In this document: positions 1 to 10,505 of the stretch, piece by piece
Position numbering within the stretch: position 1 is the stretch's first letter
Layout of the letters: each line of letters begins with the position of its first letter
Assembly (NCBI GenBank): GCA_024650005.2
Contig: CP122380.1
Span: 352,001 to 416,000, forward strand
DNA from: Candidatus Bathyarchaeum tardum
Lineage (GTDB): Archaea > Thermoproteota > Bathyarchaeia > Bathyarchaeales > Bathyarchaeaceae
Direction: 5' to 3'
Length of the DNA stretch: 64,000 nucleotides
Notes under the pieces: generated by a model
The model's database searches: none
Told to the model about the DNA's origin: nothing
Seen by the model: the letters and a program-made list of their open reading frames with translations, nothing else
Translations under genes and position numbers: made by a program

Positions 1-53
1 GTGACTATTTGTTCTGAGTCACGGCGTTTTCTGAATAGGTTAATTACTGTTTT

Positions 54-1166
54 GTGTTTAGAATATACAATGGAGTCGTTCACATGTTTTATGATGCCTT
101 GAAGACTTTTGGAAAACTGTTCCTTATTGTTACTGTAGTTTTCACCGTAGCCTTTTACGCCCTTTCTTTAGTACTAGGACCCGCCCTGTTCTTTTTCACA
201 TCTGAAGGATTAAACGTCAGCATGATTTACAAAGAATCTCTGCCTGGCTGGATTCTTATTCTGCCTGTTACTGTTCCTATTGGTCTTGAATTAGGCACAA
301 TTTTTCTTGGAGTCAGCATTGTTATTACCTTAAGTTTTATCACTGCTTGGAAACTCAACAAAAATTTTCATCAAACAATCAAAAACAGTGTTATTCAACC
401 AACAAAAAATCTGTTTCAAAACAGCCTTTTTGGCATGACCCTCGTAAACAGCATGACCTTAATTGCAGTCCTGTTCATTAGCAGAATTCAAGAATCAAGC
501 GGAATCCCAACTGGAACAACACCCATAGTGGGTGAGCCTTTTTTGGATTTATTGGACTTGTCCTATTCTGCTGTAGTTGAAGAAATCGGTTTTCGGTTAA
601 TTCCAATTGGAGGTTTATTGGTCATTCTTTTGTTGCTAACGAAAAAAACAGATTCACCGTTTTCATTTAAACAAAACATTAAGCTGTTTTTCTTGTCTTT
701 TTTGTTTCCCGACAAAGCAAAAAGATTAACTGGCAACAAAACAGTTGCTGAACACGGAATTCTTGCCGGAATCAGCCTACCCGAATGGGGCATGATTGTT
801 TTCACAACAGTAATTTTTGGTTTAGCCCATTACAACCCTGGAGTCAGCTGGGAAATTGGAAAAATCAGTTCTGCAACCTTGTCGGGTTTTGTTTTGGCAA
901 TAACTTACTTAGTTTATGGAATTCATGCACCCCTGTTGATGCATTGGTTTTTCAATTCCTACAACGAAGCATATTACCTTCTGGCTGACCTTTACCCTAG
1001 TGCGCTGCCGTTAGCTAATTCAGTGGTCTTATTCAGTTTAACTCTTGGGACCTTGGGATGGATATTATTGATTGCCCTTGGTTACCTTAAATTAGTTCGA
1101 AAAAACAGAGAAAATAAAACAATGCAGCCAGACTTTAATTATTCTGATTCTGCTAGTATCTCTTGA
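54..1166 (+). CDS. CPBP family (CAAX protease-like) intramembrane metalloprotease
   Basis: Multi-TM protein with EEIGFR, FGLAH and HWFFN motifs; the true start may be the ATG at 84. Confidence 0.85.
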   Translation: MFRIYNGVVHMFYDALKTFGKLFLIVTVVFTVAFYALSLVLGPALFFFTSEGLNVSMIYKESLPGWILILPVTVPIGLELGTIFLGVSIVITLSFITAWKLNKNFHQTIKNSVIQPTKNLFQNSLFGMTLVNSMTLIAVLFISRIQESSGIPTGTTPIVGEPFLDLLDLSYSAVVEEIGFRLIPIGGLLVILLLLTKKTDSPFSFKQNIKLFFLSFLFPDKAKRLTGNKTVAEHGILAGISLPEWGMIVFTTVIFGLAHYNPGVSWEIGKISSATLSGFVLAITYLVYGIHAPLLMHWFFNSYNEAYYLLADLYPSALPLANSVVLFSLTLGTLGWILLIALGYLKLVRKNRENKTMQPDFNYSDSASIS

Positions 1167-2440
1167 ACTAAACTGTTAATTGAAACCGTTCGCTGCTTTT
1201 CGTTTTTCATATCTTTTATAACTACATTGTTTTCTTCAAGTTCTTTTGGTCCAACAATGACAGCATAACCTGCGTTTCTTCTGTTTGCATCTGATAATGC
1301 ACTTCTGATGCTGCGCCCCATAACTGCAACTTCAACAAATGCTCCATTATTTCTGAGATTTGAAGAAATTTCTAAAGCTTTACCCATGCATTCGGGTTTA
1401 ACTGCGATGACCACAACTGTCTTTTGTTTTTGCTTTTCTGGGGATGCATTTTGTTTTGTTAGTGCCAGAACGATTCTGTCAATTCCTTGGGCAACACCAA
1501 CTGCAGGGATTGGTTCGCCACCGAAGAGTTCAATAAGTTTGTCATAGCGTCCACCGCCACCGATGGCGATGTCTAGATCCGGGACGTATGACTCAAAAAT
1601 CATTCCAGTGTAATATTCTAGCCCTCGGGCGAAGCCTGCTTCTACTTGTATTTCTAGTTGTTCACCGCTGTCTTTTACGAGTTCAATTATTTTTTGCAAG
1701 TTATCCACAGCCTCAACCGCGGTAATGTAATCCTGAACTGTATTTCTGATTTGCACCAAATCTTCCCAGGGATCTTCACCCGCCATTTGAAGAATACTCT
1801 GCAAAACCGCTAAACCTTTTTTTGAAACACCTGCTTGTTCAGCAACAGCAAGAGCGTTATTCCACTCTTTTTTGTCTAACAGTTGCCTAACATTGTTTTG
1901 TTGTTGTTCGTTTAGTCCTTCTTGGGTTAATATTCCTCTGAGGATTCCAGTGTGACCAACTTTGAATCGATAATTTTTTAGTCCCAAATTTTTGAGAACA
2001 TTATTTGTTAGCATCAAAATTTCAGCATCTGCTTCAGGTCGGGTTGAACCAAACAGTTCATAGTTGGCTTGCCAAAATTCCCGGAACCGTCCATACTGGG
2101 GTTCGTCATAACGGTAAAGACTTCCAGTGCTGAACAACCGCATAGGTTTGGGTTCATTTTTAAGTTTATTAACTACCAATCGGGCAACAGAAGCAGTAAA
2201 TTCTGGACGCATGGCAACTTGTCTGCCCCCAAGGTCTTCAAATTTGTACATTCTTTCACGGATTTCTTCACTGGTTTTGGCTGCTAACAACTCATAGGAT
2301 TCCAAAACTGGAGTGATTATTTCTTCGTAGCCATAAAGTTTGGAGACATACCTTGTAACCTGCTCAACATAACGCATCTTCTGTGCGTCACCTGGCAGTA
2401 GGTCTCTCATTCCGCGAACAGTTTTGAACACTTTTTTCAC
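1139..2440 (-). CDS. hisS: Histidine--tRNA ligase
   Basis: RGMRD, RPEFTAS, YRYDEPQYGRFREF, RGLEYYTG and GGGGRYD motifs. Confidence 0.98.
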   Translation of the reverse strand: MKKVFKTVRGMRDLLPGDAQKMRYVEQVTRYVSKLYGYEEIITPVLESYELLAAKTSEEIRERMYKFEDLGGRQVAMRPEFTASVARLVVNKLKNEPKPMRLFSTGSLYRYDEPQYGRFREFWQANYELFGSTRPEADAEILMLTNNVLKNLGLKNYRFKVGHTGILRGILTQEGLNEQQQNNVRQLLDKKEWNNALAVAEQAGVSKKGLAVLQSILQMAGEDPWEDLVQIRNTVQDYITAVEAVDNLQKIIELVKDSGEQLEIQVEAGFARGLEYYTGMIFESYVPDLDIAIGGGGRYDKLIELFGGEPIPAVGVAQGIDRIVLALTKQNASPEKQKQKTVVVIAVKPECMGKALEISSNLRNNGAFVEVAVMGRSIRSALSDANRRNAGYAVIVGPKELEENNVVIKDMKNEKQRTVSINSLVQEILAESE

Positions 2441-2451
2441 CCAAATTTTTG

Positions 2452-3057
2452 TTACTTTAAGTTAAGTTCTGAAAGGGAATAGTAAACAATTTCCCCTCTT
2501 CGATTAATAACTGCAAGAACCAAATTTTTTTTCAAGTTCTGAGTATACCGCTGAGTTCTTGCCAGTTTCTCTAAGGTAACTGGTTGACCTTCCTGTATGC
2601 CAAAAATCAAATGCTTGGCAGTTCCTTTGCCGTAATCTCCTCGCTCATACAAACGAAAATCGATGTCCTTGCCAAAGCCTTCACGTGCTACATATCCTCG
2701 GCTTCTTAAATCCCTATAAATTAAGTATCGAACCCATGCGTCTTTATCAACTGCCTGAAAACGTTTCAGCAAATCTTCAAAAACAATTATTTCTTTGTTT
2801 TTGGAGTCTTTGACTTCAATAATTCCTTTGCTAAGAAGATAAAGGGCTTCACAACTTGTCAGTTCCAGTTTGTTGTTTTCAGTATTGCCATAACCTTTTG
2901 CTGAAAGCTCTTCTGCATCTGCAGATAAATTAACAGTGACAACAGTATCCGTTAACACAGCACAAACTGGAACCAAAGCATCTTTATTTTTTTCAGCGTC
3001 AAGCTCCTGCTTATCCAACATCAAAACCTTCAAACAGTTAATAATCAGCCTAATCAT
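2452..3057 (-). CDS. endA: tRNA splicing endonuclease subunit (possibly the structural subunit)
   Basis: EALYL and YRDLRSRGY...DFRLYERG motifs; single ~190 aa unit; the true start may be the ATG at 3021. Confidence 0.85.
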   Translation of the reverse strand: MIRLIINCLKVLMLDKQELDAEKNKDALVPVCAVLTDTVVTVNLSADAEELSAKGYGNTENNKLELTSCEALYLLSKGIIEVKDSKNKEIIVFEDLLKRFQAVDKDAWVRYLIYRDLRSRGYVAREGFGKDIDFRLYERGDYGKGTAKHLIFGIQEGQPVTLEKLARTQRYTQNLKKNLVLAVINRRGEIVYYSLSELNLK

Positions 3058-3173
3058 TAACTCTTAAGATTTTAATCTTTAGTTAACTAACGATTTGAGA
3101 AAAATTTTTGGATTTTTTAATGCTATATGGGTTAATTAGAACTTAGTTATGCTCATTAAGATTAACTATTTTT

Positions 3174-3377
3174 TTATGGAACATATTTGGATATTATCAT
3201 GATAACAAATCCTAATGCAATCAGCACAAAGCCTTCCTGTCCTTTTATTGACCAACGTTTATTTGTTGTACTGCTCGTACGTATTGTGGTTTTGTTACCT
3301 AGAATGGTCCACATTATTCCTGCGGTAACCATTACAAGACTTATTTGATACAAATAGTCGTTCATACCCCAATCCAT
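3174..3377 (-). CDS. Small two-TM hypothetical membrane protein
   Basis: Two hydrophobic segments in a 67 aa ORF. Confidence 0.45.
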   Translation of the reverse strand: MDWGMNDYLYQISLVMVTAGIMWTILGNKTTIRTSSTTNKRWSIKGQEGFVLIALGFVIMIISKYVP

Positions 3378-3636
3378 GTTTTGAAGTGTTATAAATTGTT
3401 CGAGGATTTTTTCGTTGAAGCCTAAAAATTTTTAAGATAGGCTGTAGTTTGGCTTGTTAGAGGTTGTTAAATTGAGGGATCGTTTCCTCCATCGCTAATT
3501 TCGTTTCGTTTGTTAGCTTATGTTTTGTTAGTTTAACCCCTTGTAGAAACATTTTTGGCGTATCAATGCACAACTTCTCTGAACAGTCCTTTGTGGATAA
3601 ATTTATTAGTAAAACAACGTTTGAAGGTGACTTATC

Positions 3637-4887
3637 ATGAACATTATCGAAAAAATCTTAGCAAGAGCCTCAAACAAAAACGAGGTAGTTCCAGGAGAAA
3701 TAGTGGAAGCTAACATCGACGTGGCCATGACCCACGACTTGACTGGACCATTAGCTATTCAATCATTCAAAGAAATTGGAGCAAAAAAAGTTTGGAACAC
3801 CGACAAAATAGTAGTCATACTAGACCATCTGGTTCCAGCAAGCTCAGTAATTTCTGCAGGTTTGCACAACACCGTGCGAGATTTTGTTAATGAACAAGGA
3901 ATCAAAAACTTCTACGATGTAGGGCGAGGTGGGGTATGCCACCAAGTAATGCCTGAAAAAGGGCATGTTCGACCCGGAGAAGTAATCGTTGGTTCTGATT
4001 CTCACACATGCACTTACGGAGCCTTCGGAGCTTTCGCAACTGGAATTGGCTCTACAGAGATGGCTGCAGTTTTCACAACAGGTAAACTGTGGTTTAGAGT
4101 CCCCGAAGTCATCAAAGTTGATGTAACTGGTAACTTCCAGAATTTAGTTTCAGCAAAAGACCTAACCCTAAAAGTAGTCGGCGAAATTGGAGCAGATGGT
4201 GCAATCTATAAAGGATTAGAATTTACTGGTCAAACCATACGTGACCTGACCATCGACGGCAGAATGGTTCTGTCCAACATGGCCGTAGAAATGGGAGCCA
4301 AAGCAGGATTAATCGAACCCGACCAAAAAACCATGGATTACGTTAACGCCCGAACTGAAATGCCCTTTACCCCCCAGAAAAGTGACGCCGACGCAACCTA
4401 CGAAAAAGTAGTAGACATTGACGTTAACAACTTGGAGCCACAGGTAGCAGTTCCACACTCTGTAGATAACGTTAAGCCTGTCTCTGAAGTGGAAGGCACC
4501 GAACTAAACCAAGGCTTCATTGGTTCCTGCACTAACGGTCGATTAGAGGACTTGCGAGAAGCTGCAAAAATCTTGAAAGGCAAACAAATCGCCAAAACCA
4601 TTCGGTTAATTGTAATTCCTGCCTCTCAAGAAATTTATTTAAACGCAGTACAAGAAGGTTTAGTCAAAACCTTCATGGAATCTGGAGCCACTGTGGCAAA
4701 CCCCAACTGTGGACCCTGCTTAGGTGGACATATGGGAATAATGACCGACGGCGAAGCATGCATAAGCACCTCAAACCGAAACTTCATCGGACGAATGGGA
4801 AGCACCAAATCTTACGTTTATTTGGCTTCTCCTGCAACTGTTGCAGCTTCAGCAATTACCGGAAAAATAACTGACCCAACAAAATAG
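3637..4887 (+). CDS. leuC: 3-isopropylmalate dehydratase large subunit (LeuC/HacA family)
   Basis: DSHTCTYG, GSCTNGR, CGPCLG and STSNRNF motifs; first gene of the leu cluster. Confidence 0.93.
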   Translation: MNIIEKILARASNKNEVVPGEIVEANIDVAMTHDLTGPLAIQSFKEIGAKKVWNTDKIVVILDHLVPASSVISAGLHNTVRDFVNEQGIKNFYDVGRGGVCHQVMPEKGHVRPGEVIVGSDSHTCTYGAFGAFATGIGSTEMAAVFTTGKLWFRVPEVIKVDVTGNFQNLVSAKDLTLKVVGEIGADGAIYKGLEFTGQTIRDLTIDGRMVLSNMAVEMGAKAGLIEPDQKTMDYVNARTEMPFTPQKSDADATYEKVVDIDVNNLEPQVAVPHSVDNVKPVSEVEGTELNQGFIGSCTNGRLEDLREAAKILKGKQIAKTIRLIVIPASQEIYLNAVQEGLVKTFMESGATVANPNCGPCLGGHMGIMTDGEACISTSNRNFIGRMGSTKSYVYLASPATVAASAITGKITDPTK

Positions 4888-4899
4888 AAGGTAAAAAAA

Positions 4900-5394
4900 T
4901 TGGCAATAAACGGAAAAGCAATCAAATTCGGAGACAACATCGACACAGACGTAATTCTGCCTGGACCTTACCTAGTTCACACAAACCCTTACGAACTAGC
5001 AAAACATGCAATGGAAGGCTTAGACTCAGAGTTCCCACAAAAAGCCTCTGGAGGCGTAATTGTTGTGGGAGCCAAAAACTTTGGATGTGGTTCAAGCCGT
5101 GAGCAAGCCCCCATTGCATTAAAGTATGCAGGGGTAAAATGCGTGTTGGCAGAATCCTTTGCCCGTATATTCTATCGAAACGCCATTACTATAGGCTTAC
5201 CTGTGTTAGTGTGCAAAGACGTTTCAACCAAAGTGAACGAAGGCGACGAATTAACAGTTAATCTGCAAACAGGCAAAGTTGAAAACTTAACCAACGGCGC
5301 TGTATTGCAAGCCACCAAATTGCCCGAATTTATCATGGGAATCTTAGACGATGGCGGATTAATCAAACACCTGAAAAGGAGCATAAAACAATGA
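4900..5394 (+). CDS. leuD: 3-isopropylmalate dehydratase small subunit
   Basis: NIDTDVI, NFGCGSSREQA and SFARIFYRN motifs. Confidence 0.93.
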   Translation: MAINGKAIKFGDNIDTDVILPGPYLVHTNPYELAKHAMEGLDSEFPQKASGGVIVVGAKNFGCGSSREQAPIALKYAGVKCVLAESFARIFYRNAITIGLPVLVCKDVSTKVNEGDELTVNLQTGKVENLTNGAVLQATKLPEFIMGILDDGGLIKHLKRSIKQ

Positions 5395-6419
5395 GCAAAT
5401 ACGACATAACTTTAATGCCCGGAGACGGAATAGGACCTGAACTAACAGAAGCAACCCTGAAAGTATTAGACGCAGTTCAGAAAAAATTCAACATCAAACT
5501 AAACATGATACCTGTAGAAGCAGGAGACAAATGCCTCGAAAAAAATGGCGTAGCTCTGCCTCAAGAAACAATTGATTCCTTCACTAAAACTCACGTATGC
5601 CTGAAAGGACCAGTAGGAGAAACTGCAGCAGATGTAATTGTCAAACTAAGAATCATGTTTGACCTATACGCGAACCTGCGCCCAATCAAAACTTATCCTT
5701 CAGTTCCTGATGTGCAACCAGGAATTGACATGATGTTTGTTCGAGAAAACACCGAAGATGTATACCGGGGAATCGAATTCCAAATCGACGACAGCGCGGT
5801 GTGCATGCGAGTAATAACCAAGAAAGGTTCAGAAAAAATTGCCAAGAAAGCCTTTGAAATCGCAAAACTACGGGAAAGAAAACAAGTTGTTGCAATTCAC
5901 AAAGCAAATGTTATGAGGGTAACCTGTGGTTTGTTTAAGAAAACCTGCCAAGAAGTCGCAAAACAGTACCCCGACATCGAATACAGCGAACAGTACGTTG
6001 ACGCCGCAGCCATGCGCTTAATCAGACAGCCTCAAAGTTTTGATGTTATCTTAATCACTAACATGTTTGGGGATATATTGTCCGACGAAGCCGCCCAACT
6101 AATCGGAGGCTTAGGAATGGCTCCTGGAGCAAACGTCGGCGATGACTTTGGACTGTTTGAACCTATCCATGGTTCTGCACCTGACATAGTCGGAAAAGGC
6201 ATAGCCAATCCTTGTTCAATGGTTTTGTCTGCAAAAATGATGCTAGACTGGTTGGGTGAACGCAACAACGACAGAGAATGTTTTGCTGCAGCTCAGGCTA
6301 TCGAAGATGCGGTAACAGAGACTTTACGTAAAGGCGTAACTGTTCCTGACTTAGGTGGCAATGTCTCAACAATGGGCATGGCTGAAGCTATTGCTCAAGA
6401 AATCATAAACAAAAAATAA
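5391..6419 (+). CDS. leuB: 3-isopropylmalate dehydrogenase
   Basis: GDGIGPE, NMFGDILSD and EPIHGSAPDI motifs; operon context. Confidence 0.88.
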   Translation: MSKYDITLMPGDGIGPELTEATLKVLDAVQKKFNIKLNMIPVEAGDKCLEKNGVALPQETIDSFTKTHVCLKGPVGETAADVIVKLRIMFDLYANLRPIKTYPSVPDVQPGIDMMFVRENTEDVYRGIEFQIDDSAVCMRVITKKGSEKIAKKAFEIAKLRERKQVVAIHKANVMRVTCGLFKKTCQEVAKQYPDIEYSEQYVDAAAMRLIRQPQSFDVILITNMFGDILSDEAAQLIGGLGMAPGANVGDDFGLFEPIHGSAPDIVGKGIANPCSMVLSAKMMLDWLGERNNDRECFAAAQAIEDAVTETLRKGVTVPDLGGNVSTMGMAEAIAQEIINKK

Positions 6420-6427
6420 AAAAATAA

Positions 6428-7963
6428 TTGGAAGGGGGAACCTTGAAAACAAAAAACGGAGATTACATACGAATCTTTGATACCACCCTGCGAGATGGGG
6501 AGCAGACGCCAGGGGTTTCTTTAACTACTGAAGAGAAACTGGAGATTGCTCGGCAACTTGACAAACTGGGCGTAGACAGCATCGAAGCTGGAACTCCTAT
6601 CAGTTCTGAGGGTGAAAGGCGAGCAACCAAAGAAATTGCAAAAGCAGGATTAACTGCAGAAGTTTGTGGTTTAGCCCGCAGCAAACGAAACGACATTGAC
6701 ATAGCCATAGCGTGTGATGTAGATGCGGTTCATACTTTCATTTCTACTTCTGAAGTTCAAATGAAGTACGCCGTTAACATGACTCCTGAAGAAGTTTTGG
6801 CTAGTTCAATTGATTCGATAGAGTACATCAAGAGTCATGGTTTAGTTTGTGAGTATTCTCCGATGGATGCTTCAAGAACCGACATAGAGTTCTTGAAAAA
6901 AGTCTGCAAGGCAGCAGAACAAGCAGGAGCTGACAGAATCAACATTCCTGACACTGTTGGTATTATGATTCCTAGGACTATGCGGCAATTAATCCAAGAA
7001 GTAACAAGCACGGTAAAAATTCCAATCAGCGTGCACTGTCACAACGATTTCGGGATGGCAGTTGCAAACTCCTTAGCAGGAGTTGAGGGAGGCGCATCTC
7101 AAGTTCATGTTGCCGTTAACGGTTTAGGTGAACGGGCAGGAAACGCAGCCCTAGAAGAAATTGTTGTTGCCCTGAACTTGATTTACAACAAAAAAACTGG
7201 AATTAACCCCAAACAACTTTATGAAACCTCAAGGTTAGTTTCCCGTTTATCTGGGATGCAAATTCAAGCTAACAAAGCAGTGGTAGGAGAAAACGCATTC
7301 TCCCACGAGTCAGGTATCCACACACGCGGTGTAACTGTTGCGCCATCGACTTTTGAGCCGATTCAACCTGAATTTGTTGGACGAAAACGAAAACTAGTAG
7401 CAGGAAAACTGGCTGGAACCAGTGGTATACGGGCAGAACTTGAAGAATCCGGTTTGACCCCAACCAGTGAACAATTAAATGAAGTAGTTAAAATAGTCAA
7501 AGACCTAGGGGACAAAGGCAAAAAAATTACTGATGCTGACGTGTTATCTATTGCCCGTTCAGTTATGGGCAAAGTCGATAAAGAAAAACGGATTGTTGAC
7601 TTGGCTGGATTTTCAGTTGTAACTGGAATGAACGTTATTCCAACTGCATCGGTAAGTTTGGTACTGGATGGCAAAAAATACATTGCATCCGAGACAGGGT
7701 TTGGTCCTGTTGATGCAGTAATGAAGGCAGTTCAAAAACTAACATCACCTCTGGTGAACGTTCGACTCAAAGAATATCGAATAGAAGCAACTACTGGGGG
7801 TTCTGATGCTATCGGTGAAGTGTTAATCAAAGTTGAAGACAAAGACGGCAACGTAGTTTCTTCCCGGGCAAGCAACGAAGACATAGTCATGGCCAGCGTT
7901 GAAGCAATGGTAGAAGGTATCAACAAAAGCCTTCTGAAAAGCAGAAACAAAAAAAGGAAATAA
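6428..7963 (+). CDS. leuA: 2-isopropylmalate synthase (LeuA/CimA family) with regulatory domain
   Basis: DTTLRDGEQ, HCHNDFG, GERAGNA and HESGIH motifs; C-terminal GFGPVDA regulatory domain. Confidence 0.88.
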   Translation: MEGGTLKTKNGDYIRIFDTTLRDGEQTPGVSLTTEEKLEIARQLDKLGVDSIEAGTPISSEGERRATKEIAKAGLTAEVCGLARSKRNDIDIAIACDVDAVHTFISTSEVQMKYAVNMTPEEVLASSIDSIEYIKSHGLVCEYSPMDASRTDIEFLKKVCKAAEQAGADRINIPDTVGIMIPRTMRQLIQEVTSTVKIPISVHCHNDFGMAVANSLAGVEGGASQVHVAVNGLGERAGNAALEEIVVALNLIYNKKTGINPKQLYETSRLVSRLSGMQIQANKAVVGENAFSHESGIHTRGVTVAPSTFEPIQPEFVGRKRKLVAGKLAGTSGIRAELEESGLTPTSEQLNEVVKIVKDLGDKGKKITDADVLSIARSVMGKVDKEKRIVDLAGFSVVTGMNVIPTASVSLVLDGKKYIASETGFGPVDAVMKAVQKLTSPLVNVRLKEYRIEATTGGSDAIGEVLIKVEDKDGNVVSSRASNEDIVMASVEAMVEGINKSLLKSRNKKRK

Positions 7964-8104
7964 CCAAAAACTAATCGTTAGCAGTAGTATCTAAATTAAT
8001 TGTAATTGTTGGGTTTATCTCCTTAATGCTTTTAACATACTTGTAAGCAGTAATGAAGTTATTAACGAAAATATTCAATGTAGAATATTATTCATGGCAG
8101 AAAA

Positions 8105-9232
8105 GTGACTAAACAGTTTTGGTGCAGGCGCAAGGAGGTAGTTAGGTTGGAAATGCAATTAAATCAATTGAGGAATCGAGATGTTTATGTTGACTTTATT
8201 CGAACTGTAGCTATCGTATTTGTTCTTTTTTTGCATTCTTCTGGTCGGTGGTTAATAACAAGCCAAGAATTACATCAACTAACTTTATCCGAGTTCGTCG
8301 GCTGGAGCATTGTTGACCTTTACCAAAGTATTGGAGTAATTGGAGCGCCCTTATTTGTGATGTTAAGCGGTGCCCTTTTGCTTCAACCCGGAAAAACTGA
8401 ACCCCTTACCAGTTTTTTCAAGAAACGATGGGCTCGAATCGGTTTACCTTTCTTTTTTTGGAGCGCAATCTATTTTGTTTGGGTATTTGTTGTTCAAAAG
8501 GCACCTTTTAGCATAGAAGCCGTAGTTCAAGGTTTACTGAATGGTCCTTACACCCAGTTTTGGTACATCTATGTGCTTGTTGGAATTTACCTTTGGACAC
8601 CAATCTTGCGTATCTTCTTAAATCATGCAGATCCTAAAATGGTAAAATATTTTATAATAATCTGGCTTTTTGGAGCATCACTTATACCCTTTTTTGATTT
8701 GTTAACCATTTTTCAATTACACAGAGATGTTTTCACAATTACAGGATTTGTAGGGTATTTTGTTTTAGGTTCATACCTCACAACAGTGAACGTTCGCCGT
8801 TCAACTGTGGTTAAAATGTTGTTTGCTGGACTCGCATTAACTTCCCTTGGCACTTATGTAATGGCTACAACTGGCGGCGGCCAAGGAATGTACTTCTTCC
8901 AAGAATACCTTAGCCCAACAGTTATTTTATCCACTTCCATGGTGTTCTTGCTGTTGCTACAAATTAAACTCCCTTCAGTTCAGAACCAAAATAGTCAATC
9001 CAAACTCGACAAACTTGTTACAATAATTGGTCAAAACACATTAGCATTGTATCTTGTTCACGTGCTGATACTGGAAACGTTTCAAAAGGGCTATTTACTT
9101 TTCGCCATAAACCGTGAAACTCTCAATCCCATTGTTCAGGTTCCATTGTTGACAGTAATTGTTTTGTTTGCTTCTTTGGCAACAATTCTTTTACTCAAGA
9201 AAGTACCTTACTTAAACAAATTAATTGGATAA
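8105..9232 (+). CDS. Acyltransferase family 3 membrane protein
   Basis: DFIRTVAIVFVLFLH, PLFVMLSG, FFKKRWARI, FWY and LYLVH motifs; ~10 TM segments. Confidence 0.88.
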   Translation: MTKQFWCRRKEVVRLEMQLNQLRNRDVYVDFIRTVAIVFVLFLHSSGRWLITSQELHQLTLSEFVGWSIVDLYQSIGVIGAPLFVMLSGALLLQPGKTEPLTSFFKKRWARIGLPFFFWSAIYFVWVFVVQKAPFSIEAVVQGLLNGPYTQFWYIYVLVGIYLWTPILRIFLNHADPKMVKYFIIIWLFGASLIPFFDLLTIFQLHRDVFTITGFVGYFVLGSYLTTVNVRRSTVVKMLFAGLALTSLGTYVMATTGGGQGMYFFQEYLSPTVILSTSMVFLLLLQIKLPSVQNQNSQSKLDKLVTIIGQNTLALYLVHVLILETFQKGYLLFAINRETLNPIVQVPLLTVIVLFASLATILLLKKVPYLNKLIG

Positions 9233-9260
9233 ACCTTTGACTCTAAGGAAACGAACAAAA

Positions 9261-9935
9261 ATGAATAAACAAAAATTGCAGTTACTGGCTATTGGGATAC
9301 TCATTCTATTTGTGACCGCATTAGTCGCACAATTCTTCATTATGAATGCTGGAACCAAACAATCTACACCTGAAGCAATAAAAGTTGCATGCGTTGGAGA
9401 CAGTCTAACCCAATCAACTGTGTATCCTTTGGTGCTTTGGATTAATCTTGGTCTAGAAACATATGACGTTCAAAACTTTGGGGTCGGTTCAACAACGGTT
9501 ATCCTTGAATCTGAAACCCCTTACATGGACACCCCCACTTTTCAAGAAGCACTGGATTTTCAACCAGACATTGTAATCCTTTTGATAGGAACTAACGATG
9601 CACAACCCAGCCTTTTTCCGTTTAACACAACGTTTGTGTCAGATTATCTTGAACTGGTTTCTGCCTTTCAGGGGCTTTCGTCCAATCCCGAAATTTGGAT
9701 TGTTTTGCCTCCCCCCCTTTTTGGCGATAAAGGGGGAACAATTAGCCCAGAATATTTTGCAAACACCATAATTCCTCTAATAAAACAAGTTGCAAACCAA
9801 ACTAATTTGCCAACAATCGACGTTTATTCTGCCTTGTCGGATGCTTCTGAATATTTCCCCGACGGACTACATCCAAATGTTGAAGGTGGAACCCTAATCG
9901 CTGAAGAAATATACAAGGCTTTAGCTCCAAACTGA
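9261..9935 (+). CDS. Membrane-anchored SGNH/GDSL hydrolase
   Basis: GDSLT, GTND and DGLHP blocks; N-terminal TM segment. Confidence 0.9.
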   Translation: MNKQKLQLLAIGILILFVTALVAQFFIMNAGTKQSTPEAIKVACVGDSLTQSTVYPLVLWINLGLETYDVQNFGVGSTTVILESETPYMDTPTFQEALDFQPDIVILLIGTNDAQPSLFPFNTTFVSDYLELVSAFQGLSSNPEIWIVLPPPLFGDKGGTISPEYFANTIIPLIKQVANQTNLPTIDVYSALSDASEYFPDGLHPNVEGGTLIAEEIYKALAPN

Positions 9936-10059
9936 TACTGCTACTAAAAACAATTACCTAAAAAATTCAGAATCATTGAAACAGACCAATCCCGTTGTTG
10001 TTAATTTGAAGCGTTCAACCGATTGTAAAAAAAGTGGCATAAAACCGTGTTTTTAACAG

Positions 10060-10494
10060 TTACGTGTTTAATTTCTTTCGTAGAATTATTCCTTCTGCAA
10101 AAAACAAAAGCATGGCTATTGCAGTTATTGCTGTAAGAAAAAGAAAACTTGTTTCAATAAATATTTCAGCGACAAAATAACTTAATGCTAAAATTGCTAG
10201 TTCTGCTCCGAACGCTCCCAGAAAAAAGAAGGAGTAGAACATTAAACGAGGAACAAGATTGTTTCCCACCCACACGTGACCGCTGACGCCTGCTTTTTCT
10301 TTCAGAATGTAGTCGCCGAACTCATTTTTTTCAAGTAAGCCCAGCAACTCTAGTTTTTGCAGGTGACGATGTGCCACGCTTGAGCTACTTAAATTTGCCC
10401 CTCGCATAACGTCCCTTGTGCCGACTGGTCTATTTTCTTTAACTACGTATGTGTAAACGCTTAAAGTGTTGCCAGCAAGTTCTTTTTCGTCCAT
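10060..10494 (-). CDS. Winged-HTH protein with two C-terminal TM helices (membrane-anchored regulator)
   Basis: GTRDVMRGANLSSSSVAHRHLQKLE HTH followed by two hydrophobic helices. Confidence 0.8.
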   Translation of the reverse strand: MDEKELAGNTLSVYTYVVKENRPVGTRDVMRGANLSSSSVAHRHLQKLELLGLLEKNEFGDYILKEKAGVSGHVWVGNNLVPRLMFYSFFFLGAFGAELAILALSYFVAEIFIETSFLFLTAITAIAMLLFFAEGIILRKKLNT

Positions 10495-10505
10495 TAGTAT
10501 AACCC

